This document shows positions 1 through 8,698 of a stretch of DNA of 48,722 nt, in pieces. The notes beneath the pieces are model-generated. The model had not been told where the DNA came from. It was given only the letters and a program-made list of their open reading frames with translations, and did not search any database. Source of the stretch: Candidatus Rokuibacteriota bacterium (GTDB lineage: Bacteria > Methylomirabilota > Methylomirabilia > Rokubacteriales > DASRDR01). Position numbers and translations under genes: made by a program. The number at the start of each line of letters is the position of its first letter. Within the stretch, counting starts at the first letter, position 1. The stretch is taken from positions 1-48,722 of the forward strand of contig JBIOTN010000053.1 in NCBI GenBank assembly GCA_044866005.1, in the 5' to 3' direction.

Positions 1-15
1 CGGGCCCGCGCCGGC

Positions 16-44
16 TTGACAGCGGGCCGGAGAGGTGCTTTTTT
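16..44 (+). promoter_or_regulatory. possible sigma70-type promoter for the first UbiD gene
   Basis: Perfect TTGACA at 16-21, 17-nt spacer, TG at 36-37, then TTTTTT at 39-44 (poor -10). It lies about 70 nt upstream of the ATG at 112. Confidence 0.35.
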
Positions 45-111
45 CGCCAGCGGAAGGCGCCGTCGCGCGGGGTCGGATCGAAATCTCCCCGCCCGGCGAC
101 CGGAGGACGCG

Positions 112-1575
112 ATGGGGATCGAGTACCGGGACCTGAGAGAGTGGCTCAAGAAGGTGGAAGCCATGGGGGAGCTCCAGCAATACCGTGGCGTCCACTGGGA
201 CAAGGAGATGGGCGCCTTCGTGGAGATGTGCGTCCGCGCCCGGGGCGGCCAGGCCCCCGCGTTCCTCTTCGACGAGGTCCCGGGGTACCCTCCGGGGTTC
301 CGATGCCTCTACGGGATGCTCAACTCTCCCGCGCGCTTCGCCTTCTCCATGGGGCTGCCCGCGACCGGTCCTCGGAAGACGATGGACCTCCTCGAGGTCT
401 ACCGCGAACGGGTCAGGGCGATCGAGCCCATCCCGCCCACCGTCGTCGCGTGGGGCCCCGTCCTGGAAAACGTGCAGAAGGACGACGACGTGGACCTCTT
501 CAGGTTCCCCGTCCCCATCCACCACGAGCTGGACGGCGGCCGCTACATCGGGACCGCCGACGGCGTCGTCACCCGCGACCCGGAGACGGGCTGGGTCAAC
601 GTCGGCACCTACCGGATGCAGCTCTTCGAGCGGAACCTGACCGGCATCTACATCAGCCCGGGAAAGGACGGTCGGCTCCAGCTCCAGAAGTACCTCGCCG
701 CCGGGAGGCCGGCGCCCATGGTGGCGGTCGTCGGGCTCGACCCGGCCCTGTTCGCCGCGGCCCGGGCCACCCTGCACCGGGGCGAGTCGGAGCTGGACTA
801 CGTGGGAGGGCTCCGGGGCGAGCCGCTCGAGGTCGTCCCCGGCGAGCTCACCGGCCTGCCCATCCCGGCGCACGCCGAGATCGCGCTGGAAGGCGAGGTC
901 GTGCCCGGGGAGAGCCGGCTCGAAGGGCCCTTCGGCGAGTGGCCCGGCTACTACGCCGGCGGCCGGCAGGCGGAGCCCGTCTTCCGGGTCCGGCGCGTCT
1001 ACCACCGCAACGACCCGGTCCTCACCTGCGCGGCGTCCTTCAAGCCGCCGCACGCTCACCTCTTCGAGCGCTGCTTCATCCGCTCGGCGACCCTGTGGGA
1101 GGCCCTGGAGAAGGCCAACGTGCCCAACGTGGTCGGCGTGTGGATCCACGAGGCCGGCGCCGGCCGCACCTTCAACGTGGTGGCGATCAGGGTGAGCTAC
1201 GCCGGCCACAGCCGCCAGGCCGGGATGCTGGCGACCCAGCTGCCGCCCACCGCCTACGGCGGCAAGTGGGTCGTGGTGGTGGACGACGACATCGACCCGT
1301 CCAACCTCGCGGAGGTGGTCTGGGCCATGGGGACCCGCTGCGACCCGGCGACGGACATCGAGATCACGCGCAAGAGCTGGTCGTCGAAGATCGATCCCGT
1401 GAACATGACCGAGACCTACTACAACTCGCGCGCCATGATCGACGCGACCATCCCGTTCGAGCATCGCGGGCGCGCGGCCCCTGTGGCGGTCACGAGCCCC
1501 GAGCTCCGCGCGCGGATGCTGGCGAAGTACGGCGCGCTGTTCCGTAGCGTCCTCGGCGACCACATCCTTCCCTGA
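112..1575 (+). CDS. UbiD-family (prFMN-dependent) decarboxylase, paralog 1
   Basis: GGAGG at 102-106 precedes ATG 112 (MGIEYRDLREWL). Motifs: HELDGGRYIGT, RDPETGWVNVGTYRMQ, EGPFGEWPGYY, VVVDDDIDP, WAMGTRCDP. The ORF-track start at 16 is the TTG of the -35 box. Confidence 0.93.
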   Translation: MGIEYRDLREWLKKVEAMGELQQYRGVHWDKEMGAFVEMCVRARGGQAPAFLFDEVPGYPPGFRCLYGMLNSPARFAFSMGLPATGPRKTMDLLEVYRERVRAIEPIPPTVVAWGPVLENVQKDDDVDLFRFPVPIHHELDGGRYIGTADGVVTRDPETGWVNVGTYRMQLFERNLTGIYISPGKDGRLQLQKYLAAGRPAPMVAVVGLDPALFAAARATLHRGESELDYVGGLRGEPLEVVPGELTGLPIPAHAEIALEGEVVPGESRLEGPFGEWPGYYAGGRQAEPVFRVRRVYHRNDPVLTCAASFKPPHAHLFERCFIRSATLWEALEKANVPNVVGVWIHEAGAGRTFNVVAIRVSYAGHSRQAGMLATQLPPTAYGGKWVVVVDDDIDPSNLAEVVWAMGTRCDPATDIEITRKSWSSKIDPVNMTETYYNSRAMIDATIPFEHRGRAAPVAVTSPELRARMLAKYGALFRSVLGDHILP

Positions 1576-1766
1576 CCTCGGCGCCGAACCCGCCGGCGAC
1601 CGCCACGCGCGGCCCCGCGCTCCCGCGTACCGCTCGCCGGCTGTGCCGCGGCATTCCCGTCGACGACGGTACCTCAAGGGCTGTGCGACCACGTCCCTGC
1701 GTCCCCTCCGCCTTCCAAGACACGACGTAGACCTCACGGCGACGTAAGGCCGTCGGCTATTCGCCT

Positions 1767-1787
1767 GCCCCGGGAATTTCCCGGGGC
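1767..1787. repeat. perfect inverted repeat GCCCCGGGAA-T-TTCCCGGGGC (candidate protein-binding site)
   Basis: 10-bp arms around a single central base, in intergenic DNA. Confidence 0.5.
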
Positions 1788-1822
1788 GCCAGCGAGCTCG
1801 CCGCAGCCGCAGTACGCGGTCG

Positions 1823-1860
1823 GGACATTCCTTTACATGGACACGTTTACATCCGGACAC
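1823..1860. promoter_or_regulatory. direct-repeat cluster (GGACA x3, TTTACAT x2), candidate activator site
   Basis: GGACA at 1823, 1839 and 1855 (16-bp period); TTTACAT at 1832 and 1846. AT-rich relative to its surroundings. Confidence 0.4.
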
Positions 1861-1910
1861 CGGCGGGAGAAAACCGCGCCGCGCGGCTCGTGGAATCGGT
1901 GCCGGTCTCT

Positions 1911-1926
1911 CGGTATCGCGATTGCT
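1911..1926 (+). promoter_or_regulatory. candidate sigma54 (-24/-12) promoter
   Basis: CGGTATCGCGATTGCT has GG(1912-13)-N10-GC(1924-25) with TTGCT, close to the TGGYAYR-N4-TTGCW consensus. Confidence 0.45.
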
Positions 1927-1979
1927 CTTTCTGAGAGGCCAGCGCAGCCTGGATCGTTGACCGCTCACTCGGAGGTCGC

Positions 1980-2207
1980 ATGACGAAGCGGCCCGCTTGG
2001 CTGCTCAGCATCTCGCGGGCAACCTGGGCCGCCCCATGCGGCTCGACGTGGAACCCGACCAAGGCGCTCCCCCAAAAGAGCGAGGGGGGCCTCGCCGGGC
2101 GGACGCGACCTTCCCCTTTCCCGTCGATCGAGTCGCCGCGCGCAGTTCGTCGGCGGCCCGGCCAGCCCCGCCGGTTCGTTCGTAGGAGGCTCGTCGGGCC
2201 GGCCTGA
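1980..2207 (+). CDS. small hypothetical ORF (75 aa), possibly a leader or gene relic
   Basis: GGAGG at 1971-75 before ATG 1980, just downstream of the candidate sigma54 promoter. The protein has no recognisable motif and looks partly non-coding. Confidence 0.2.
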   Translation: MTKRPAWLLSISRATWAAPCGSTWNPTKALPQKSEGGLAGRTRPSPFPSIESPRAVRRRPGQPRRFVRRRLVGPA

Positions 2208-2309
2208 CGCCCGAGATCCTGGCTGAGATCAGTTCGTCGGAAAGCCGGCGACGTGACGGGGACCCGACACAGCCGACTCGTGGGTCCGTATTCTGCGTAG
2301 GAGACGCCA

Positions 2310-4064
2310 ATGAAGCAGCCGGGCCGAATGCCGAGGGTTCACGCCGTGTTCATCGCGCTCGCGGCGCTGCTGTCGCTCTGGTGCGCGGAGGGCGCGCAAG
2401 CGGTCACATGCAGCACCAAAGACTGCATCCTCGACATGTCGTCCACGATCTACGTGATGAACCTCCAATGGGGCATCAGCGGCGCCACCGGATCGAGCAG
2501 CATCACGGTCAACAGCGAGACCTCCTGGTCGACCAGCTGGGACTTCGATCGGGCCGACGACTGGACGGTGACGGCCTACCTGGCCGCCATCCTGGGCTGG
2601 GAATGGGGCTACCGGCTCCCGAACACGGGATTCCCGGTTCAGCTCTCCTCCCATACGCCGATCCACACCTCGGTGACCTTCGACTACGTCCCCGATCCGT
2701 CCTGCCAGCCGGGCGGCCTCGGCGGCGGCGGGACCGGTTCGCGCGTGTGTCGACTGAACGTCGCCTATGACGCGTGGCTCCACGACAACCCCGACGGAAC
2801 CGGCAGCTGCCCGGGCGACTCGCAGTGTCCGATCTACGAGATGATGGTCTGGCTGGCCTACTCGGACGAGCTGTTCGCGGGCACGCCGGCCGAAGCCTAC
2901 GCCGAAATCGGCGGACACCGGTGGAAGGTCATCCGGTCACAGGGCGGGTCGAGCCCGGTCGCGACGTTCCTGGTCGTCGACGGCAATCCCCAAAACCTGA
3001 ACCAACCCATCGACGTGAGCGGGGCGACCCTGAACATCACCGACTTCACCGACTGGCTGATCAACAACAACTGGGTCCCCGCCACCTGGTGGATCGACAG
3101 CGTGCAGCTCGGCACGGAGGTCGTCAAGGGCAAGGGCACGCTGAACGTGACCAACTACGCCGCCACGGTCGGTGGATCCGTCACCGGTCCCGTCTCGATC
3201 AACGCCGGCGGCCCGGCCGTCGCGCCTTTTGTCGCCGACACGCACTTCAGCGGCGGCACGCCCGTGACCAACTGGACCGGCGCCATCGACACCTCGGCGG
3301 TCACCGATCCGGCTCCGCAGGCGGTCTACCAGAGCGAGCGCTACGGCGCCATGACCTACACGATCCCCGGCCTCACGCCCGGCGCCACCTACGACGTTCG
3401 CCTGCACTTCGCCGAGAACTTCTTCGCGTCGGCCGGCCAGCGGGTCTTCGATGTCGCGATCAACGGCACGACCGTGCTTGCCAGCTTCGACATCTTCGCC
3501 ACGGCGGGCGCAGCCCACAAGGCCGACATCCGGGCATTCAGCGTCACGGCCAACGCCAGCGGCCAGATCGTCATCGGGTTCACCGACGTCGTGAACTTCG
3601 CGCTGATCAACGGCATCCAGGTGCTCGCGCCGAGCGGCAACACCCACGGCGGCGCGTGGGCCATGCGGGCAGTCACGACCGCCACCGCGAGCTGGACGAA
3701 CACCTGGCAGGTCGCCAACGTCGCCCCCAACAGCGCCTACGTGGCCGGCTGCTGGATCAAGGGGAGCGGCGCCGTCGTTCTGCGCGTGTTCAGCGGCAAC
3801 TGGGCGGCCGAGATCACGCGCCAGACCGTGACGGCGACCTCCGCCTGGCAGATGTTCAGCGTCAACGTCAGCACCGGCTCCAACACGCAGTTGACGTTCA
3901 ACCTCACCGACGGCGGCGGGGTCGCCGGCACCGCGTACCTCGACGATTGCTTCCTGGGGGTGTCCGGCGGCACCAACGTGCTTGCCAACCCGGGCTTCGA
4001 GAGCGGGAACACGGTGTGGAGCATCGAGGCCGGCGCTCCGTTCTCCATCGTCCAGAATCCGTGA
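2310..4064 (+). CDS. secreted glycoside hydrolase family 12-like protein with a malectin domain and a C-terminal CBM4/9-like beta-sandwich
   Basis: AGGAG RBS and signal peptide. GH12 motifs NLQWG, NVAYDAW, EMMVWL (nucleophile Glu) and VQLGTEV (acid/base Glu). Malectin motifs INAGG, YQSERYG, VRLHFAE, GQRVFDVAING. CBM motifs YLDD and NPGFESG. Confidence 0.85.
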   Translation: MKQPGRMPRVHAVFIALAALLSLWCAEGAQAVTCSTKDCILDMSSTIYVMNLQWGISGATGSSSITVNSETSWSTSWDFDRADDWTVTAYLAAILGWEWGYRLPNTGFPVQLSSHTPIHTSVTFDYVPDPSCQPGGLGGGGTGSRVCRLNVAYDAWLHDNPDGTGSCPGDSQCPIYEMMVWLAYSDELFAGTPAEAYAEIGGHRWKVIRSQGGSSPVATFLVVDGNPQNLNQPIDVSGATLNITDFTDWLINNNWVPATWWIDSVQLGTEVVKGKGTLNVTNYAATVGGSVTGPVSINAGGPAVAPFVADTHFSGGTPVTNWTGAIDTSAVTDPAPQAVYQSERYGAMTYTIPGLTPGATYDVRLHFAENFFASAGQRVFDVAINGTTVLASFDIFATAGAAHKADIRAFSVTANASGQIVIGFTDVVNFALINGIQVLAPSGNTHGGAWAMRAVTTATASWTNTWQVANVAPNSAYVAGCWIKGSGAVVLRVFSGNWAAEITRQTVTATSAWQMFSVNVSTGSNTQLTFNLTDGGGVAGTAYLDDCFLGVSGGTNVLANPGFESGNTVWSIEAGAPFSIVQNP

Positions 4065-4336
4065 TCCGTTGACGGGTCGTCTCAGGGGCAAGCCCGTCGC
4101 CGACGAAGAGTCGCGGAGGCCGCGCGCGGGAGCGCAGGGCGCTCGACTGGGGCTTCGCGGCGACGCTGGACGCCGGCTGCCGTGCCCGACGCCACCGCGG
4201 GGTCGAGCCCCCCCGGGGCGGACGGGGGTCTGATATTCTTCCCACGTGAAGCGGGAAGACCCGCCGCGCCCTGGCTCGCCTCACACGAGCGCTGACCACG
4301 GGCCTTCCTGACCCCGGGCGGACCGATCGTCCTGCC

Positions 4337-5602
4337 ATGCCGGGGACAAGCACGGGGGGAGGGGCCCTCCGGGGCCGTGCCGTGGCCGGGGGCGACGGCG
4401 TCCTGATCGTCTACGCCTGCGTCATCGCCATCACGACGGCGGAGGGCGCGGTCAACCTGCTCTACGCTCCCTACCTCCAGGCGTACGGCTATTCCCTGCC
4501 CGCCATCGGCGCGCTCTCGTCGCTGTTCGCGCTGTTTCGGCTGGGCGCCCGGGTCCCGGTCGGCGCGACGTACCGGCCGGCGCGCGCCAGACGACAGCTG
4601 GCGATGGCGCTGGGCCTCTTCACCGCGGGCACGAGCGGCTTCGCGGTCGCCCACGGCAACGTGGTGGCCGTGGTCCTCCTCACCGTGGTCCACGGCTTCG
4701 CCTTCGGGAGCCTGGGCACCCTGACGCTGGCCGTGGTCATCGACCTCACGGGCGGCCGGCGCGCCGGCGTCGTGATGGGCTGGTACACCGCGGCGCTCTC
4801 CATCGGGTACGCGCTCGGCGCCTTCGCGGGCGGCGGGCTCGCGGACGCCGCGGGCGCGCCGCTGGCGCTGGGGGTCCTCGGCGCGCTTCCCACGGCGGCC
4901 GCCCTCGCCCTCGTCGCCCTCCCGCCCGTCCAGGGCCCGCCCCACCCGGCGCGGGCCGGCAAGGGCCTGGGCGGCCTGCTCGCCGCGGCGGCCGCGCTCG
5001 ACGCGCGCGTCTGGCTCGCGTTCACCATCGGCGTCTACCTCAACCTGCTCAGCGACAGCGTCGACACCTTCTTTCCGCTGTTCGGCCTGTCCATCGGCCT
5101 GCCGCTCGCCGCGACCGGCGTCCTGAAGGGCCTGAAGTCCGGCTCGGCCGCGGTCATCCGCTTCGTGAGCGCCGTGCTCTTCCGCTATCTCGACCACCGC
5201 TCGATCAACGTGTGGGCGGTGATCCTCTCCGGCGCGGCCACCGCGGTGTTGCCCTGGGGCTCGACGTTCGGGGCGCTGGCCGCGCTGTTCGTCCTCGCCG
5301 GCCTCACCCGCGGCATCCTGCGGGTCACCAGCGCAGCCACGGTCGCCGAGCTGCGCAGCGAAGGGCGTGAGGTGGGGCTGGCGTCCGGCATCTACAACGC
5401 GGGGCTCGACGTCGGGGCCATCGTCGGGCCGCCGCTCGGCGGCCTCCTGGGACGCGCCCTGAGCCTGCCGGCGATGTTCCAGGTGGTGGGGGTGGGGTGC
5501 GTGGCCGCCTACTTCGCCGTCGCCCTGGCGACCCGGGCAGGCCGGTCTGCCCTGCGCTGGCGCCTCCGGGCGCCAGCCGTCGACCGGCCGCCGGCCGGCT
5601 GA
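4337..5602 (+). CDS. MFS transporter
   Basis: About 12 hydrophobic segments in two halves, with MFS-like motifs (VHGFAFG, G..MGWY, GAIVGPPLGG). Exact start uncertain. Confidence 0.85.
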   Translation: MPGTSTGGGALRGRAVAGGDGVLIVYACVIAITTAEGAVNLLYAPYLQAYGYSLPAIGALSSLFALFRLGARVPVGATYRPARARRQLAMALGLFTAGTSGFAVAHGNVVAVVLLTVVHGFAFGSLGTLTLAVVIDLTGGRRAGVVMGWYTAALSIGYALGAFAGGGLADAAGAPLALGVLGALPTAAALALVALPPVQGPPHPARAGKGLGGLLAAAAALDARVWLAFTIGVYLNLLSDSVDTFFPLFGLSIGLPLAATGVLKGLKSGSAAVIRFVSAVLFRYLDHRSINVWAVILSGAATAVLPWGSTFGALAALFVLAGLTRGILRVTSAATVAELRSEGREVGLASGIYNAGLDVGAIVGPPLGGLLGRALSLPAMFQVVGVGCVAAYFAVALATRAGRSALRWRLRAPAVDRPPAG

Positions 5603-5612
5603 GGCGCCGCCC

Positions 5613-5636
5613 GGGAGGGGGCCATCGAGGCCTTCC
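5613..5636. repeat. degenerate REP-like palindrome copy
   Basis: GGGAGGGGGCCATCGAGGCCTTCC, similar to the copies at 5731 and 15322. Confidence 0.45.
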
Positions 5637-5730
5637 AGACGCACGCCGCCCGCCGGACGCCCAACGCCGCCCGCACGGTGTTCCGCTCCGGGCCGCGGCC
5701 CCCGCCGCGGGGCGCCGCCGGGGGGAGGAA

Positions 5731-5760
5731 TGGGAGGGGGGCCGTCGAGGCCCCCTCCCA
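5731..5760. repeat. REP-like palindrome or bidirectional terminator between convergent genes
   Basis: TGGGAGGGGG-GCCGTCGAGG-CCCCCTCCCA, with a perfect 10-bp outer stem. Confidence 0.6.
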
Positions 5761-5765
5761 GGAAA

Positions 5766-6752
5766 TCAGCCGCCGTAGAGGGCGCGGAGCACGCCCGATT
5801 CCTCCAGCTCCCGCACGAACCGGGCATCCACGAAGTCGCCGGGATTGGCGGCCCGGGCCCGGGGGTCCCGCGTCCCGAGGTCGTCCAGGATCGTCTGGAC
5901 GCCGCGGGGGGACGGGTACGGGGCCCGCGGGGTGAGCCGCAGGGCATACGTCTCGTAGGCCTCCTCGACCGCCTCCGGGTCGGTGAGCTTCATGAACTTC
6001 CGGATCGAGGCGAGGCTCGCCTCCTTCCGGGTCCGGTAGAAATGGATGCCCTCGACGAAGGCCCGCACGAACCGGCGGAGGGCGTCTTCCCGCGTCCTCA
6101 TCAGGGACCGCGTCGTCGTCACGCAGGTCCCCAGGTAGTCCATCCCCATGTCGGCCAGCGCGGCGAGCTCGCTCAGGCCGGCCTTCCGGGCCACGACGGT
6201 CAGGGGCGGCTGGATGAGGACGGCGTCCACGGCCCCGGCCCGCAGGGCCGCCAGCCGCGCCGACTGCTCGCCGATCTGCAGCAGCACGACGTCCCGGTCC
6301 GGCGTGAGCCCCCACTTCCGGAGGGCGAAGCGGGCGGCGAAGTCGTCGGCCGAGTTGAACCGGGAGACGGCGAGCCGCCGGCCCTTGAGGTCCTCGGGCT
6401 TCCGGATCTCCGGCCGGGCGAACACCACGTGATCCATCGTGTGGATGAGCCCCATGATGACGGCCACGTCGGCGCCCGCCAGGTTCGCGGCGACGGCCGC
6501 CGGGCCGGCCATCACGGCGGCGTGGACCTCGCCGGCCATCAGCGACTGGATGGCGACCGGTCCGCCGGCGACGAACCGGATGTCGACGTCCAGGCCGTGC
6601 TTGTCGAAGAGCCCGGCATCGCGCGTCACGAAGAGCACGGCCTGCGAGCCCGAGACCGAGCTGTGGATCACCGGGAACCTCTCCCCGGCCCCGGCCGGGA
6701 GGGCGGCGAGCCCGAGGAGGAGCCCGAGGAGGAGCGGCCGGCGGCCCGTCAC
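5766..6752 (-). CDS. ABC transporter solute-binding protein, NMT1/SsuA/TauA-like
   Basis: Signal peptide; GLFDKHGLDV, DLKGRRLAVSRFNS, RLAALRAGAVDA, FVRAFVEG and a C-terminal FVDARFVRELE..G motif. Confidence 0.9.
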   Translation of the reverse strand: MTGRRPLLLGLLLGLAALPAGAGERFPVIHSSVSGSQAVLFVTRDAGLFDKHGLDVDIRFVAGGPVAIQSLMAGEVHAAVMAGPAAVAANLAGADVAVIMGLIHTMDHVVFARPEIRKPEDLKGRRLAVSRFNSADDFAARFALRKWGLTPDRDVVLLQIGEQSARLAALRAGAVDAVLIQPPLTVVARKAGLSELAALADMGMDYLGTCVTTTRSLMRTREDALRRFVRAFVEGIHFYRTRKEASLASIRKFMKLTDPEAVEEAYETYALRLTPRAPYPSPRGVQTILDDLGTRDPRARAANPGDFVDARFVRELEESGVLRALYGG

Positions 6753-6756
6753 GGCC

Positions 6757-6906
6757 TCACTCCTCGAGCCGCGGGCTCTCGGTATCGAGAAACCGATGAC
6801 CGCAGTACGGGCAGAGGAGGCGGATGCCTTTCCCCCGCAGCTCTTCCCAGTGACAGTAGAAGCGGTCCTGGCAGCGCGGACAGGTCACCCAGAAGATTCT
6901 GGCCAT
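6757..6906 (-). CDS. 49-aa zinc-ribbon protein (CPRC...CPYC), absent from the ORF track
   Basis: Manual translation: MARIFWVTCPRCQDRFYCHWEELRGKGIRLLCPYCGHRFLDTESPRLEE*. GAGG lies upstream of the ATG, and the ORF neatly fills the gap between the UbiD and SBP genes on the same strand. Confidence 0.85.
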   Translation of the reverse strand: MARIFWVTCPRCQDRFYCHWEELRGKGIRLLCPYCGHRFLDTESPRLEE

Positions 6907-6943
6907 CGTCGGTCGCCTCGGGATCGGTGAGCCCCGCCGGTGC

Positions 6944-8380
6944 CTATCGGACCTCCGGGGCCGGACTCAGGCGCTCGAGGATCTCCGGGGCGATGTAGTC
7001 CTCGAGCCGCATCGCGGCCAGGACCTCCGCCGGCACCTCGACGCGCGAGGGAAACGGCCGCCGCGCCGGCCTGGTGGCGTCGACGATCATCTTGGCCGTC
7101 GTGATCTCGTCGGTCTGCGACGGGTCGAGCGCGTTCCCCTTCACGTCCTTGATGACGTCGACGTCGCGATCGGCCTGGACGCGCGTGGCCACGGCCCACA
7201 TCACCTCGCGCTCGTCGAAGACGTCGATGTCGGCGTCGACGACGATGACGTTCTTCACGAAGTCGCAGGCCCCCAGCGCGGCCAGGGCAGCCTGCTTGGT
7301 CTCGCCGTCCACGCGCTTGTCGATCGCGATGTAGCAGTTGAAGCGGCAGCATCCGGAGAGCGCGAAGTGGACCGCCCGCACGGTCGGTACCACGCCCTTG
7401 ATCACGTTGAAGAGGCTGCCTTCCTTGGGGATGCCGCCGACGATCCAGTTGTCCCGGTGCCCCACGAAGACGTGCTGGAGGATCGGCTCCCGCCGGGCGG
7501 TGACGGCGGTGACCTCGATCACCGGGCGGAGGCGCTGCGGGCCGTAGTAGCCGGTGAACTCGCCGAAGGGCCCTTCCACGTCCCGGACGCCGTGCGGGAT
7601 CTGTCCCTCGATGACCAGCTCGGCGTCGGCCGGCACGAGCAGCTCGTCGCCGAAGGTCTCGGAGGCGGTGAGCCGGAGCGGCTCGCCCATGATGGCGCCG
7701 ATCTTCGCGTAGTCGTCCACCCCGAACGCCGACACGTTCAGCGCCCCCAGGTAGAAGGCAGGGTGGTGGCTCACCACGATCGCCAGCGGCGTGGGCCGGT
7801 TGGCCCGCTCGTACTTCATGGCGATCTGCCAGTTGTGGCGCGGCGACATGTGGAGGCCGAGCCGCCGCGGCCCCTGGTACATCGTCCGCAGGAAGGCCAC
7901 GTTGTAGAATCCGCGCTCCGGGTCCCGCATCACGGGCGTCATGTCGATGTACGGGGCCGGGTCCATCCGGTGGTGACGGACGATCGGCAGCTCGCGCAGG
8001 TCCACCGCGTCGCCCGTCCGGACGACCTCCTTCACCGGCGCCCGCGCTCGGTCGATGGTGACCGGCGCGAGGAGCCCCGTCTCGCGCCGGGCGTACTCGA
8101 GGCTCAGCGGCAGGCCCCAGTCCTCGCGGGTCAGTCCCAGGGCCCGCGCGCAGCGGCTCCGGAGCGCGTAGAGGTTCGAGGCGAACTGGACCGCCGCCCG
8201 CTCGCCCTTGAGATTCAGCGGCTGCTCGAGGAGGAGCACGGGAAAGCGGGCCTGGCGCTCCAGGTGGACGAGGAGCGCCGTCAGCTCGAACCTCGCCGGG
8301 TCCACCGGGCGCTTGACCCGGACGACGTCCTCCGGCGACTCCCGCTCGAGGCTGACGAGGAACTGGCGGAGATCGGCCAT
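6944..8380 (-). CDS. UbiD-family decarboxylase, paralog 2 (divergent)
   Basis: MADLRQFL start with GGAGG RBS. Motifs EGPFGEFTGYY, VPADAELVIEG, IVVDADIDVF, WAVATRVQADRD, LDPS and KMIVDAT. Confidence 0.92.
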   Translation of the reverse strand: MADLRQFLVSLERESPEDVVRVKRPVDPARFELTALLVHLERQARFPVLLLEQPLNLKGERAAVQFASNLYALRSRCARALGLTREDWGLPLSLEYARRETGLLAPVTIDRARAPVKEVVRTGDAVDLRELPIVRHHRMDPAPYIDMTPVMRDPERGFYNVAFLRTMYQGPRRLGLHMSPRHNWQIAMKYERANRPTPLAIVVSHHPAFYLGALNVSAFGVDDYAKIGAIMGEPLRLTASETFGDELLVPADAELVIEGQIPHGVRDVEGPFGEFTGYYGPQRLRPVIEVTAVTARREPILQHVFVGHRDNWIVGGIPKEGSLFNVIKGVVPTVRAVHFALSGCCRFNCYIAIDKRVDGETKQAALAALGACDFVKNVIVVDADIDVFDEREVMWAVATRVQADRDVDVIKDVKGNALDPSQTDEITTAKMIVDATRPARRPFPSRVEVPAEVLAAMRLEDYIAPEILERLSPAPEVR

Positions 8381-8420
8381 GGCGGCGCCTCCCGGCCCGG
8401 CGGATCGGCGGGCTGAGTCG

Positions 8421-8450
8421 ATCCTAGGTGGCCCGGGGCGACGCTGTCAA
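8421..8450 (-). promoter_or_regulatory. sigma70-type promoter for the UbiD2 operon
   Basis: Minus strand TTGACA-N18-TAGGAT, about 40 nt upstream of ATG 8380. Confidence 0.6.
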
Positions 8451-8540
8451 ATCGCCCACGGGCCCGGACCCCGCCCGCCCGGCCGGCTCGCCGGCGCGGC
8501 CCGGAGTCCGATCGATCCTGTTACCCCTGCGGGTTTCCCC

Positions 8541-8570
8541 TTGACACGCTCGGAGCCCTCCTGCTAGGTT
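8541..8570 (+). promoter_or_regulatory. sigma70-type promoter for the porin operon
   Basis: TTGACA-N18-TAGGTT with an extended -10 TGn. Confidence 0.6.
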
Positions 8571-8698
8571 GCGCGCGGCGGAGCCTCGGGACAGCGAGGT
8601 CGCGGGCTTCCAGCATCCGGCTTCATCAACCCTTCCGTCGGGCCTCGCACCGTCCCCGCATCGCGCGCACCCACTCCGGTCACCAGAAGGAGGCGCCA

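Noticed and set aside
112..1575. Assigning any UbiD paralog to ubiquinone or menaquinone biosynthesis
   Set aside because: No quinone-pathway genes are nearby and the context is catabolic and transport-related, so no gene symbol is given.
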